DNA of 64,000 nt. Source: Candidatus Thalassarchaeaceae archaeon (lineage in GTDB: Archaea; Thermoplasmatota; Poseidoniia; Poseidoniales; Thalassarchaeaceae). The notes under the pieces were generated by a model. That model saw only the letters and a list, made by a program, of their open reading frames with translations, was not told the DNA's origin and did no database searches. The stretch covers positions 2,498 to 66,497 of the forward strand of contig JAQXEZ010000001.1 in the NCBI GenBank assembly GCA_029250605.1, in the 5' to 3' direction. Made by a program: the position numbers and the translations under genes. Positions 1 to 10,800 of this stretch are shown one piece after another (within the stretch, counting starts at the first letter, position 1; each line of letters starts with the position of its first letter).

Positions 1-1
1 A

Positions 2-199
2 TTCGGGATAGGGCTCTCGGATGAGTTCAGAGGGGGAAGCACACTGATCGCAAAGTCAGGTGATATAGGCGAGCTGGAGATCAGACTCCCCTCGAACTCA
101 GACGCAAGCCAGTTCAAGGCCGGCTACGAAACAGAGATCTCCGTCACTATCTCCGATTGGAACGCCGTCAGACGCAGGATCATCCTGGAAGCGGCCTAA
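2..199 (+). CDS. C-terminal fragment of an unidentified protein whose gene starts upstream of the window
   Basis: Frame 2 is open from the window edge for 65 codons (...KAGYETEISVTISDWNAVRRRIILEAA) and ends at TAA 197-199. It is absent from the ORF track because no start codon lies in the window. No recognisable motif. Confidence 0.3.
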   Translation, partial: FGIGLSDEFRGGSTLIAKSGDIGELEIRLPSNSDASQFKAGYETEISVTISDWNAVRRRIILEAA

Positions 200-1038
200 C
201 TTGCAGCCTCGAACGACTCCTCGATCATCTCATCTAGGCTTATTGATGGTCGGAATCCGCATCTATCCTCCAAGAACCACGCGTCAACTACCCCCCAGAC
301 TTCCTCTCTGTCACTTTGGTTCAGCTCAATCTCACAACCAGTCCGGTCTCTGTACAATTCTGACAGATCAGACATCAGAATCGCCTTCCCCGAACCAACT
401 GCGAAGCTCTCCCTAGTGGGAGGAGGGTCCCTCAGGACCGCATCTACGACCCTAACAAGGTCCTGGACATGCACCATGTCCTTGACTTGGGAGCCATCGC
501 CCGGGACGTTGATCCAGCCCATCTGGCTCTCGAAGGCCCATCTGTGGAGGATCCCGTTCCCTGGCGGACCCGAGATTGGTACTCCTTGGACGTTTGAGGC
601 CCTGATAACGCTCACTGGGCGTTCTGACTCCGCTCTCTCCAATGCATTCTCCTCTATCCAAAGTTGCCCTTCTGCCGCAACGTCCCTCGGGGCTAGGGTC
701 GAGTCGAATCCGTAGTACTCCTCCCCCGGTTCCCATTGGGGGTGGACCCTTAGGGTGCCTAGAATAACCATGTGAAGGGAACCGTGCCTGTCAACCGCAT
801 CAAGAATCGGCCTAGCCTTCTCCCTCATGATGATCAGGGACTCTCTGTCATCCCTGTCAACCGAAGTGTCAACTGGTCGCGAATTAATGTGAATCAGCGA
901 GTTGCAAGGGGTAAGTAACGCATCTAGGGCACTAGGGTCTCCCAGCTTATCATCTGGAATGGGAACGGCCGAATCACCAAGCACCTCCATAATGTAAGGT
1001 GCGACGAAACCATCCGCGGCCGAGACTGCAACCTTCAT
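196..1038 (-). CDS. Extended-SDR / NAD-dependent epimerase-dehydratase-like protein with degenerate motifs
   Basis: ORF 196..1095. The likely start is ATG 1038 (MKVAVSAADGFVAPYIMEVLG), placing a Rossmann beta1 at the N-terminus. RASNVQG and DMVHVQDLVRVV resemble the R..NVYG and DFVHV.D blocks of the epimerase family. GxxGxxG is degraded to SAADGF and no YxxxK is seen. Confidence 0.55.
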   Translation of the reverse strand: MKVAVSAADGFVAPYIMEVLGDSAVPIPDDKLGDPSALDALLTPCNSLIHINSRPVDTSVDRDDRESLIIMREKARPILDAVDRHGSLHMVILGTLRVHPQWEPGEEYYGFDSTLAPRDVAAEGQLWIEENALERAESERPVSVIRASNVQGVPISGPPGNGILHRWAFESQMGWINVPGDGSQVKDMVHVQDLVRVVDAVLRDPPPTRESFAVGSGKAILMSDLSELYRDRTGCEIELNQSDREEVWGVVDAWFLEDRCGFRPSISLDEMIEESFEAAS

Positions 1039-1145
1039 GCTCGACCGTATCTCCTGACAGGTAATATACTGTGTGTTTGGAGAGAGCACCTCCATGAGAA
1101 ACCATTGAATTCCTCCTAGTCCGCAACCGATTCACAGGCGAGCCA

Positions 1146-2516
1146 ATGGTCGACCAAATCCCCAACCTTGGAAGAGAGTCGGAGATGCTAGGGGAACTAG
1201 GCATGTCGACCATGGATGAGCTATTCGCAAACATCCCGGAGGATGTCCGAAGGACCGACCCCCTACCCCTCCCCGAGCCACAGTCGGAGGAGCAGATTCT
1301 AGAGGATGCAACCAGGCTTCTGGGGGCAAACATCCATCTCGACTCCAGGCCGTCGTTCATCTCGGCTGGTCTCGCTAGGAACTTCGTCCCCACGATGGTC
1401 CCAATGTTGGCCACGAGAGGTGAGTTCCTTACATCTTACACCCCGTACCAACCAGAGGTCAGCCAGGGGATGCTCCAAGCTATGTGGGAGTTCCAGACAA
1501 TGGTCTCAGAATTGGTCGGTCTCCCGATATCCAATGTCTCGATGTACGATGCCAGCACTTCTGCCGCGGAGGCAATAACTTGTGCAGTCAGGGTAAAGTC
1601 GAAGAAGGCCACACAACCTAGTTCCGTGTACATCTCAGAACTTGTCCCGCCCCACAGGTTGTCCGTCATCGAGAACTACACCCAGGGAGTCGGGATAGAA
1701 ATCCACAAGCTCCCTCACAACGCGGATGGAACACTCGATCTGGGAGCCGCAGCCTCTGCTGCTGGCTCTTGTGCGGTTTACGTAGAGCAGCCGAATGCAC
1801 TGGGTCTACTCGACGAGGGGCTCATGGACCTCAGAGGGACGATCGGCGAGTCTACTGCAATTATTGTCGGAGTCGACGCAGTTTCCCTCGGAGTCATCGA
1901 GCCCCCTGGATCATGGGGAGCCGACATAGTGGTCGGAGAGGGCCAGCCATTCGGTATCGGCCCAACTGCCGGCGGGCCAATCTACGGGCTTTTCGCATGC
2001 TCCAAGGAGTTCCTGAGGCTGATGCCCGGGAGGATAGTAGGCCAGAGCATCGACTCCGAAGGAAGTACTGCATACACCCTTACCCTATCGACAAGGGAAC
2101 AGCACATTCGGAGGCATAGGGCTACGTCAAACATCTGCTCAAACGAGACGCTGATCGCATTGATGGGGGCCATGCACATGGCGCTGCTCGGCCCAGAGGG
2201 TCTAGAGAAACTGGCAACTAGGGTCTACTCGTCAACTTGTAAGACTCTGGAAGCCGTCATCTCGATCCCCGGAGTCGAACTAGTCAACCAAGGTGGGTGC
2301 TTCTTCAGGGAATTCGCAATCAGGCTGCCCGGCCAAGCCAAGGAGGCGCTCGAGAGCATGTACTCTGATGGGGTGATTGGGGGAGTCAGCCTAGGAAATT
2401 GGTGGGACGAGATGTCGGACTGCCTCCTAGTGGGCTGTGACGAGGGGACAACTGAGTCTGACATCTCTGCGCTGACAAATGCCATCGGCAACTGGATCGA
2501 GGGGGGCTCGGAATGA
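1146..2516 (+). CDS. gcvPA: Glycine dehydrogenase (decarboxylating) subunit 1, glycine cleavage P-protein alpha
   Basis: 456 aa. The N-terminus IPNLGRESEMLGELGMSTMDELFANIPEDVR matches the conserved GcvPA start. An ATGA overlap (2513-2516) couples it to the subunit 2 gene. Confidence 0.92.
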   Translation: MVDQIPNLGRESEMLGELGMSTMDELFANIPEDVRRTDPLPLPEPQSEEQILEDATRLLGANIHLDSRPSFISAGLARNFVPTMVPMLATRGEFLTSYTPYQPEVSQGMLQAMWEFQTMVSELVGLPISNVSMYDASTSAAEAITCAVRVKSKKATQPSSVYISELVPPHRLSVIENYTQGVGIEIHKLPHNADGTLDLGAAASAAGSCAVYVEQPNALGLLDEGLMDLRGTIGESTAIIVGVDAVSLGVIEPPGSWGADIVVGEGQPFGIGPTAGGPIYGLFACSKEFLRLMPGRIVGQSIDSEGSTAYTLTLSTREQHIRRHRATSNICSNETLIALMGAMHMALLGPEGLEKLATRVYSSTCKTLEAVISIPGVELVNQGGCFFREFAIRLPGQAKEALESMYSDGVIGGVSLGNWWDEMSDCLLVGCDEGTTESDISALTNAIGNWIEGGSE

Positions 2517-4024
2517 GCACGGTCTTCGATTTCCACGGAGCACCAGGCACTGGGTGGTCACAACCAGACCCAATCAGCTCAGAAGTCAATCCGATTCCCA
2601 AAGGCCTCCGTAGGAAGAGCCTACCCAACTGGCCGAGAGCAAGCGAACCGGAACTGGTCCGGCATTACACCGGGCTATCGCAGAAGACATTCGGGATAGA
2701 CACGGGATTCTACCCTCTTGGCTCCTGCACGATGAAGCATAACCCCAGGGTCAACGAGAGGATCGCCCAGATGCCGGGTATCGACCGAATCCACCCCCTA
2801 CAGGAGGACTCTCAGGTCCAGGGTCTCCTCTCGATATACTTCGAGATGCAAGAGATGCTAGCCACATGCTCCGGAATGGATGCAGTCACTCTGCAACCCG
2901 TAGCCGGTGCCCAGGGCGAGTTCACCGCGATTAGATGCATCCAGGAGTATCACAAGTCGAACGGAGAAAGCCACAGGGACAAGGTGATCGTACCAGACTC
3001 TGCCCATGGGACGAACCCCGCCTCTGCATCCATGTGCGGCTACCAGATAGTGGAGATTCCGAGTGCTTCTGATGGTAGGCTGGACATCGGGGCTCTGGAG
3101 GCCGCCGTCGGCCCCGATACGGCTGCAATGATGATCACCAACCCATCCACCTTGGGCCTCTTCGAGACGAACATCGCGGAGGCATCCAGAATTGTACACG
3201 AGGCTGGGGGCCAGATGTACTACGACGGTGCCAACTTCAATGCCATTATTGGGAAGACCGACCCTGGGATGATGGGCTTCGATGCTGTCCACTACAACCT
3301 CCACAAGACGTTCAGCCAGCCTCACGGAGGAGGAGGTCCCGGAAGCGGACCAATAGGCGTCAAGGACCACCTCGCGCGCTTCCTCCCGACTCCCGTGGCT
3401 TCTCGAAGGGAGTCAGACGAGGACGACTCAAATGGGGTGGGGGACGGGTACTGGTACTTCTGGGAGGAAGTCGGCGAGGCGAGCATCGGCAAGGTGCAGC
3501 AGTGGAATGGCAATGCCGGGGCAGTAGTCAGGGCATGGGCATTCTACAGGAGGTACGGGCGCGAATTAGAGAGGATGAGCGAGTACGCAGTCCTCAATTC
3601 CAATTACCTGCGGAACAGGATAATGAACCCAGCTGCCGATGTGGCCGCAAAGATTCACTGCATGCCTTCCGAAGGGGCCCAAGCCGATCTAGTGATGCAT
3701 GAGTTCACCCTCTCAATAAGCCCCATAAAGGAAATGAACGGCGTTACAGGCAAGGACGTCGCCAAGCGTCTCCTTGACTACGGATACATGTCGCCTACCC
3801 TTTACTTTCCTCAGATCGTCCCCGAGTGCCTAATGATTGAGCCCACGGAAACCGAATCCAAGGAGGTCTTGGACAAGTTCGCCGCTGACTTCCATGCGGT
3901 TCTCTCCGAGGACCCAGAAATAGTCACATCCGCACCTCACACGACTCCCGTAAAGAGGGTCGACGAGGTGTGGGCAGCTCGGAAACTCATCCTCAGGCAC
4001 CCAATCACTGATTCCGAGGACTAG
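2513..4024 (+). CDS. gcvPB: Glycine dehydrogenase (decarboxylating) subunit 2, glycine cleavage P-protein beta
   Basis: 503 aa. The PLP-lysine block NLHKTFSQPHGGGGPGSGPIGV and HGTNPASA are typical of GcvPB. Translationally coupled to gcvPA. Confidence 0.93.
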   Translation: MSTVFDFHGAPGTGWSQPDPISSEVNPIPKGLRRKSLPNWPRASEPELVRHYTGLSQKTFGIDTGFYPLGSCTMKHNPRVNERIAQMPGIDRIHPLQEDSQVQGLLSIYFEMQEMLATCSGMDAVTLQPVAGAQGEFTAIRCIQEYHKSNGESHRDKVIVPDSAHGTNPASASMCGYQIVEIPSASDGRLDIGALEAAVGPDTAAMMITNPSTLGLFETNIAEASRIVHEAGGQMYYDGANFNAIIGKTDPGMMGFDAVHYNLHKTFSQPHGGGGPGSGPIGVKDHLARFLPTPVASRRESDEDDSNGVGDGYWYFWEEVGEASIGKVQQWNGNAGAVVRAWAFYRRYGRELERMSEYAVLNSNYLRNRIMNPAADVAAKIHCMPSEGAQADLVMHEFTLSISPIKEMNGVTGKDVAKRLLDYGYMSPTLYFPQIVPECLMIEPTETESKEVLDKFAADFHAVLSEDPEIVTSAPHTTPVKRVDEVWAARKLILRHPITDSED

Positions 4025-4056
4025 CGAATTATACCTCGAAGCCCTCCCCGAGGGGC

Positions 4057-4902
4057 ATGGAGGCTGGCTTGGATCGACACTTCCTTTTGGGTGAGCCTGG
4101 GTGGTGGAATAGCCCCGACCTCCCCCCAGACTTCATGGCCGGAGAAATCCCTCCACCGCTCCCATGGGTGAGCACCACCCCTAGGGTTGGAAACTTCGGA
4201 TGGTGCCGGCAGAGGCTGAGGCCATTGGTCTGGCCCCTTCTCAAGCCATTGGCATGGGCCCCACTCTTTCTATTGCTGACCGCGATCCCGCTACTGCTTC
4301 CAGGGAGAACTCCCGATGACCAGGTCACTTCCATATTCTTCTTCTCCATCTCTTGGGGGTTGGTCATTCTGCCGATTGTATTCTCCAGGAACGCACAACC
4401 TATGTCCGACGACTCCCTTCTCTCATTGCCTGTGGATTGGCTCTCACTGGCATTGGCATCCGCCATTTTCCCCCTGCACCTCACGATCGACCCAAGGATC
4501 GTATGGCTCTCATATGCGTTGTACTGGGTTGCTTACTTCCGCACGGTGCAACTCGTCCAAGCAGCTATGCTGACCCCACCTGCAAGGTTCCTACTCCCTA
4601 TCGAGCCAGAAGACTGGTCCGGGGAACTCAGCCCTCCGTGGAGGGTTTCTTCGGCAACATGGTCGAGGAAGGTGCTTGCGAGCGTGGATTTGCCAAATGG
4701 GAGGGCCATTCTCTCGGGCTCCTCCAGATCCGGACAGGACTTCTTGTCCATGGCCTTCGTCCACAAATCGGGCTTCATTCAGGACCCCTTCCACGATCCC
4801 TCGCCAGGGGGGTCGGAACTATCTGAATTACTGGCAGACCCACTAGCGGTTGTGGGCAGGGGATGGCCAGACTCGCTCATCATTTCCTCGGAGGAGGAAT
4901 AG
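4057..4902 (+). CDS. Hypothetical polytopic membrane protein with a soluble C-terminal region
   Basis: 281-aa ORF with about four hydrophobic helices (LAWAPLFLLLTAIPLLLPG, IFFFSISWGLVILPIVF, WLSLALASAIFPLHL, IVWLSYALYWVAYF). It is co-directional with its flanking genes. Several other frames are also open here, so the call is tentative. Confidence 0.5.
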   Translation: MEAGLDRHFLLGEPGWWNSPDLPPDFMAGEIPPPLPWVSTTPRVGNFGWCRQRLRPLVWPLLKPLAWAPLFLLLTAIPLLLPGRTPDDQVTSIFFFSISWGLVILPIVFSRNAQPMSDDSLLSLPVDWLSLALASAIFPLHLTIDPRIVWLSYALYWVAYFRTVQLVQAAMLTPPARFLLPIEPEDWSGELSPPWRVSSATWSRKVLASVDLPNGRAILSGSSRSGQDFLSMAFVHKSGFIQDPFHDPSPGGSELSELLADPLAVVGRGWPDSLIISSEEE

Positions 4903-4947
4903 GCCTGGAAACGGCAGGCATTTGAACCGCCCACCTGCCGTAGAGGC

Positions 4948-5421
4948 ATGGACATCTGCGTGGTTCTTGGCTCAAAGTCTGACCTGCCCATAGCCGAAAA
5001 GTGCCGGAGCGTGCTCGACAAGTTCGAGGTATCGTACGAAATCAGGGTCGCCTCCGCTCATCGAGCGCCAAAGTACCTGGAGGGGATCGTCGAGGATGCA
5101 GAGGAAGGTGGTTGCAAGGTCTTCATCGGTATGGCTGGGGTAGCCGCAGCCCTTCCCGGGGTAATTGCTTCCATGACGGACAAGCCAGTCATCGGAGTTC
5201 CAGTAGGCGGCAAGGTCCCGTTAGACTCCCTCCTGTCCATCGTCCAGATGCCACCGGGGATGCCCGTCGCCACAGTCGGGGTGGACAGGGGCGACAATGC
5301 CGGAGCTCTAGCAGTTCAGATCCTAGCCACAAATGACGAGTCACTAGCAGCATCCTACTCAGAATTCAGGTCCGAGATGACCCAGAAGGTAATTGCAGAC
5401 GACAAATCGATCCAAGGGTGA
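4948..5421 (+). CDS. purE: N5-carboxyaminoimidazole ribonucleotide mutase (PurE)
   Basis: 157 aa with PurE blocks [19 protein letters not shown] and [22 protein letters not shown]. Confidence 0.92.
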   Translation: MDICVVLGSKSDLPIAEKCRSVLDKFEVSYEIRVASAHRAPKYLEGIVEDAEEGGCKVFIGMAGVAAALPGVIASMTDKPVIGVPVGGKVPLDSLLSIVQMPPGMPVATVGVDRGDNAGALAVQILATNDESLAASYSEFRSEMTQKVIADDKSIQG

Positions 5422-5428
5422 TACGGCA

Positions 5429-6373
5429 ATGCAGACCCAGATACTGGTCGACGAGGCTATCGAGGCCCTCAGCTCCCAGATTGACGACACCGCGATCATC
5501 GCATGCTCGGGCGGAATAGATAGCTCCGTCGCTGCCGTCCTTGCACACAAGGCCGTAGGTAGCATGCTCCACTGCGTCTACGTCGATACGGGGCTGATGA
5601 GGAAGGGGGAGTCGGATGAGGTCTCCGAGATGTTCTCCGAGATGGGTATCAAACTCAAGGTCGTCGACGCATCACAGAGGTTCTTCCAGAATCTGGAAGG
5701 AGTCACCGACCCCGAGGAGAAAAGAAAGGTCATCGGTGAGCAGTTCATCAGGGTATTCGAGGAGGAGCAAGAGGGATGCGATGCGAAGTACCTGGTCCAG
5801 GGCACCATAGCCCCAGACTGGATCGAGTCCGGTGGCGGGGAGAGGGATGTGATCAAGTCTCACCACAACGTCGGCGGACTCCCAGATGACGTAGACCTGA
5901 CTATCGTGGAACCGCTCCGCGAGTTCTACAAGGACGAGGTCAGGGAGATGGCCAGGGAACTCGGAATCAAATCCAGCGAGAGGCAGCCATTCCCCGGCCC
6001 AGGGCTGGCAGTCCGAGTTCTCGGAGAGATAACCCTCGATAGGGTGGAATCATGCAGGGAGGCATGCCACATAGTGGAGACCAGGATCAGAGAGGCGGCA
6101 TCCGAGGGGAGATGCGATTTGCCATGGCAGTACTTCGCAGCACTCCTCCCTGTCAGAAGCGTGGGAGTCCACGGTGATGTGAGAGTCCACGGGGAGACTA
6201 TCGTAGTAAGGGCAGTAACTAGCCTGGATGGGATGAGTGCCCGATACTCGCCACTTCCCCACGACCTCCTCGCAGAAATTAGCACTGAGATAACCAACTC
6301 ACTAAAGGGCCAAGTTAACCGAGTAGTCTACGATATCACGCACAAACCACCGGGAACAATCGAGTGGGAGTAA
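5429..6373 (+). CDS. guaA: GMP synthase (glutamine-hydrolysing) subunit B, ATP pyrophosphatase
   Basis: PP-loop ACSGGIDSSVAAVL, HHNVGGLP and the C-terminal KPPGTIEWE. The size fits the stand-alone archaeal B subunit. ATG 5429 is preferred because the track start 5393 would overlap purE. Confidence 0.9.
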   Translation: MQTQILVDEAIEALSSQIDDTAIIACSGGIDSSVAAVLAHKAVGSMLHCVYVDTGLMRKGESDEVSEMFSEMGIKLKVVDASQRFFQNLEGVTDPEEKRKVIGEQFIRVFEEEQEGCDAKYLVQGTIAPDWIESGGGERDVIKSHHNVGGLPDDVDLTIVEPLREFYKDEVREMARELGIKSSERQPFPGPGLAVRVLGEITLDRVESCREACHIVETRIREAASEGRCDLPWQYFAALLPVRSVGVHGDVRVHGETIVVRAVTSLDGMSARYSPLPHDLLAEISTEITNSLKGQVNRVVYDITHKPPGTIEWE

Positions 6374-6413
6374 TCCGATTCTTTGATGAGTGATGTGCCC
6401 TGCCCCGAGTCAG

Positions 6414-6486
6414 GCCGACATAGCTTAGTTGGTGGAGCGGTGGACTGTTAATCCACAGGTCGCAGGTTCGAGTCCTGCTGTCGGCG
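6414..6486 (+). tRNA. tRNA-Asn (anticodon GTT)
   Basis: Acceptor GCCGACA/TGTCGGC, anticodon stem GTGGA/TCCAC with loop CTGTTAA, T-loop GGTTCGAGTCC. CCA is encoded at 6487-6489. No intron. Confidence 0.9.
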
Positions 6487-6534
6487 CCATCTCACACTCC
6501 CAACCCTCATTTGCTTCCCCCCCCTCAAACCACC

Positions 6535-7812
6535 ATGAGCAACAGGCAGACAGCCGACAACGTGGTAGAGGCAATAGGGGCATCCGGAAGGCACTACCGA
6601 GACAGCCTACCGATGATAGCAAGCGAGAACATCCTCAGCCCGATGGTCAGGAGGGCATGCGACTCTGATCTCCACGGACGATACGCAGAGGGACTTCCCA
6701 GGAAGAGGTACTACCAGGGGTGCGATGACTTCGACACGATCGAGGAGATCGGGATTGAGAGCGCCAAGAGGGTCTTCAACTGCCGGTTCGCGAACATACA
6801 GTCGACCTCAGGCACCAATTCTAACATCGGGTCACTGAAGTCACTGGCCAAGCCAGGTGACAAGATCACAGCCGTGTCCACCGCTGATGGGGGGCATATC
6901 TCCCATGCGAGGATGGGGGCAGTCGGGCTAAGGGGACTCGATCTGGTCACATACCCATGGGACGAGGAGAGGATGGAGCCGGACATAGATGCGGCAGCCT
7001 CCCTGATCCGCGAGGAGGAGCCGGCAATTGCCCTTTTCGGCCAATCGGTATTCCTCTTCCCAACGCCTCTCGAGGAGTTGTCCCAGGCCGCTCACGAGGT
7101 CGGTGCAACCGTGATGTACGATGCTGCGCATGTCATGGGACTCGTCGCCGGAGGGCAGTTCCAAGACCCACTAAGGGAGGGTGCAGACGTGATGACTGGG
7201 AGCAGCCACAAGACGTTCCCAGGGCCGCAAGGGGGGTTCGTGCTATCAGACTCGGAGGACGAGAAGCTGCATCGGAGGCTAAACAGCGGGATTTTCCCAG
7301 GGGTCTGCTCATCGTACCACCTGCATCACGTAGCTGGTAAGACGATAGCCCTCTCCGAGTTCGAGGAGTTCGGGAACTCATACGCCAAGGACATAGTCGT
7401 CAACGCCAAGGCACTCGGTGCGGCACTTTCCTCGGAAGGATTCGACGTTATCGCAGAGGAGAGGGGCTTCACCGCTAGCCACCAAGTGGTCACGAGGCAC
7501 GGGGAAGTCGACTCCGGAGCTGGCAGGGATGCTGCTGCAACCCTCGAGGAAGCAGGGATAATCACCAACATGAACATGCTTCCCGGAGACACCAAGGCAA
7601 TGACCCCGAGTGGCCTCAGGCTGGGCACCCCGGAACTGACGAGGGTCGGAATGGGGGCTGACGAAATGCAGGATGTCGCCCGCTTCTTCACCAGGGCACT
7701 GCTTGAGGGAGAGGACCCATCCTCCGTCAAGAGAGATGTCAGGGAGTTCAAGTCCGAGTTCCAGACCGTGCAGTACTGCTTCGAACCCGGTCCAGCCTAT
7801 CCTGGTCTTTGA
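6535..7812 (+). CDS. glyA: Serine hydroxymethyltransferase
   Basis: MIASENILSP near the N-terminus and the PLP-lysine block GSSHKTFPGPQGG. ATG 6535 (MSNRQ...) is preferred; the track start 6511 is 25 nt after the tRNA. Confidence 0.93.
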   Translation: MSNRQTADNVVEAIGASGRHYRDSLPMIASENILSPMVRRACDSDLHGRYAEGLPRKRYYQGCDDFDTIEEIGIESAKRVFNCRFANIQSTSGTNSNIGSLKSLAKPGDKITAVSTADGGHISHARMGAVGLRGLDLVTYPWDEERMEPDIDAAASLIREEEPAIALFGQSVFLFPTPLEELSQAAHEVGATVMYDAAHVMGLVAGGQFQDPLREGADVMTGSSHKTFPGPQGGFVLSDSEDEKLHRRLNSGIFPGVCSSYHLHHVAGKTIALSEFEEFGNSYAKDIVVNAKALGAALSSEGFDVIAEERGFTASHQVVTRHGEVDSGAGRDAAATLEEAGIITNMNMLPGDTKAMTPSGLRLGTPELTRVGMGADEMQDVARFFTRALLEGEDPSSVKRDVREFKSEFQTVQYCFEPGPAYPGL

Positions 7813-10800
7813 GGGATGCACAAGATATTCAGTTGGCACCCCCTGTGCGGCCCGTGCATAGGCAACACGTACTCGCCGTGACAATCTCACTACTCCTCCT
7901 GCTGCCCGGATGCGCATCTTTAACCGAAAGCGAAGTTGAAATTCCGGTAGAACCAGACTGCGCGATGGATCCAACTGCAGACGGATGCTTCGAGAACACC
8001 ATCACTGAGGAAGACTGCTCTCCGAAGCAGGTCTTCACCGGGGATATGTGCCGGACCATGATGAGGCCGGAGATGCTCGACTTCGGGGAGTCTGAGGTAA
8101 TACTGGAGATAGGTGAAGAGATCCAGCAGATGACGCCGAGCTTCCTTGGGGACGCCCCTAGTTCTTGGGCAGTCAACCCATCGTTCCCGGATGGGATCTC
8201 AATCGACCCAGATTCGGGGGTGATATCAGGAACCCCGGCCCATGAGTCATCCTCCAAGTCCTACACCATCATCGCATCCAACGCAATGGGGGTGTCATCG
8301 TTCAGGCTGGAAATCACAGTCCTCCCCCCTGAGATAATTTCCATCGACCTCCAGATGGAAACGCTCTACTGCACGAGGGGCGAGGTATGTCACTTGGAAA
8401 CCCCGTCGTTTCTGGGCGGAATCCCTGAAAACTGGGCGTCCGATCCCCCCCTGCCACCGGGAATCATGTTGGGCGCCGACGGCTCTGTCTCTGGGGAACC
8501 TTCCGAAATCGGCGATAGCAACCATACCATAACGGCCTACAATAGCGCAGGCGAGGCCTCATCCACACTCAGGATAATCACCACCCATGCATCCCCGGAA
8601 TCAATCGATTACGGGGTATCCCACTTCACATTCTCACTAGGGCAACCAATCTCGATTTCCCCCAGCACCACTGGTGGGGAAATCACTTCATGGCAGATTG
8701 CCCCTGATCTGACAGATGGCCTCTCCCTGTCTCCCTCCGGCACCATCTCGGGTTCGCCTGACGTGCTGCAGGAAGCCACTGGATACACGATCACCGCTGA
8801 GAACTCAGGTGGGGCAACCCAGTCCACCATATACATCGAGGTGATCGACCTGCCAGTCTGGGACCTCGAATACCAGCAAGTCACATTCGACCTCTCTCTT
8901 GGCGATGACATCGGCTCAGTGATGCCCTCGTGGGGCGGTGGGACCCCAACAATCTGGATGGCTCACCCACCACTGCCTACCGGATTCTCACTCGGACAGG
9001 AGAACGGTGTTATCTCGGGGGTCGCGACGCAGTTGCAGGAAACATCCTACCACACAATCTGGGCGAACAACTCCGCAGGGGGAGACTCAACCCAGGTATC
9101 TTTCCACGTCATCAGCCTCCCTCCGCTAGCCGTTACATGGCCCGGCAACGAGTTCGCACTAGCCTCAAACGAGAGCGCATCCATCCAACCCCAATACTCG
9201 GGACCCTCCATCGAAACCTGGGAGGTGGACCCACAACTCCCCGCCGGACTCGCAATTTCCGACTCCGGGACAATCTCAGGGACCCCTGATCAACGAACCG
9301 ATTGGTCCGAGTACACTCTCTGGGCCAACAACTCGGGAGGCACAACCTCCAGCAGCATCTGGATCGCAGTCCACGACCTCGCTGCAGATCAGAGTGACCT
9401 ACTCCGGGGGATGGGACAGACCAGTTGGGGTGGCTGGCCATCTCCCGTGCTCCCGATAGGAGAGTGGTCCTTCCCAGTGGCATTCGCCGAAGGGGGATAT
9501 ACCTCAGCCATCCCAGTGATATCCGCCAGTCACGTTGGCAAGGGGAGGATGCTTGGTTATGGGCACGAGAGCTGGGTTTCTGGAAGCGGCGGGACAGACG
9601 AGACCACCTTCTCCCTCAAGGCAGTTGAGTGGGTCTGTGGGGTCAATGCAGTAGTCGGTCTTGCCTATGGTGCCGGTTTCGATGGATTCCAAGACGATCT
9701 GGAGTCACAGGGCCACACGGTACGGAACTCAGTTTCCCCCGATAACCTGTCTGGACTGGACTGCCTTCTGGACGAGTTCTGGAATGGCCATGACGACGAC
9801 GACAACCAGAACATAGCCTCCTTCCTTCTCGATGGCGGAGGGGTGATAATGGGCGGTCACGCTTGGTACTGGTCGTACTCCAACACAGATCTGGCCCACA
9901 ACTACCCGGGTAACAAGATAGCCAAGGAAACAGGACTCTTCGTCTCCAGTGCATGGGGCTACAACGACGTGGACATGAGCGAGGTCCCCCATGAGCTAGC
10001 ACGGCCCAGGGCCGCCATCGAAGCAATCAGGGAAGACCGAATCGAAGGCAATGCGCTCTCAAACGCAGAGGCGACAATAGCCGACTCGACACTCTCCCTA
10101 TGCACTAGCGTGGTCTCCCTCGACTTCGATGACTTCTGGGCGCCCCTCAGGGATGTTGTGAACCAGACGGGATGGACTGTGATCGAGTACGGCACGCTCT
10201 GGGAGGACGTAGGTTACGATCTCGGGGAGGACCCAGTCGCAGACACCCTCCTCAGGGTCGAGACTGCCCTGACTCAGGGGCTGCCAGCAGACCAGCTACC
10301 ATCGCACCCGAGTCATCAGGAATTCCCCGGGGAAGTCCCTGCCAACGCCAGCAGGGTCGCTCGAACAGTTTCAGTGAATGGCAACCAGAGCGGACTCCCC
10401 TCGAACTTCGGCTACTCATCAGCGAGGGCTCACGTGAGGATGACAACCGGTACCTACGCTGCTCCGGGCGAGGTAGTCGCAGTCACACTCCCACCTAGCA
10501 TAGTGGATTCAGGGACATACATCCTCGTGGGTGCGCATAGTGACAGCCTGTGGGGGAAGGACCAGTTGCACCGGCATCCGGAGATAGTACGCTGGTGGTA
10601 TGTCGATGACACCGAAATGGAAGTCGGAAACGCATTCGGCGGACCCATCTACGTGGCCATCGAGCCGGGCTCGACTCTGGGGCTATTCGAAGTCACCATC
10701 TCCAATGCCGTAGTGGCGCCAACATACAACCATGGCGAGACCGACGTGGAGGATTGGATCCAGGTGAACCGGCACGCTCCGGCGCCATGGGCGGAAATAG

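Noticed and set aside
7378-7974. 198-aa minus-strand ORF spanning the glyA / M60 gene junction
   Set aside because: It is a shadow ORF opposite two well-supported genes, with no motifs and Arg/Gly/Pro-rich composition.
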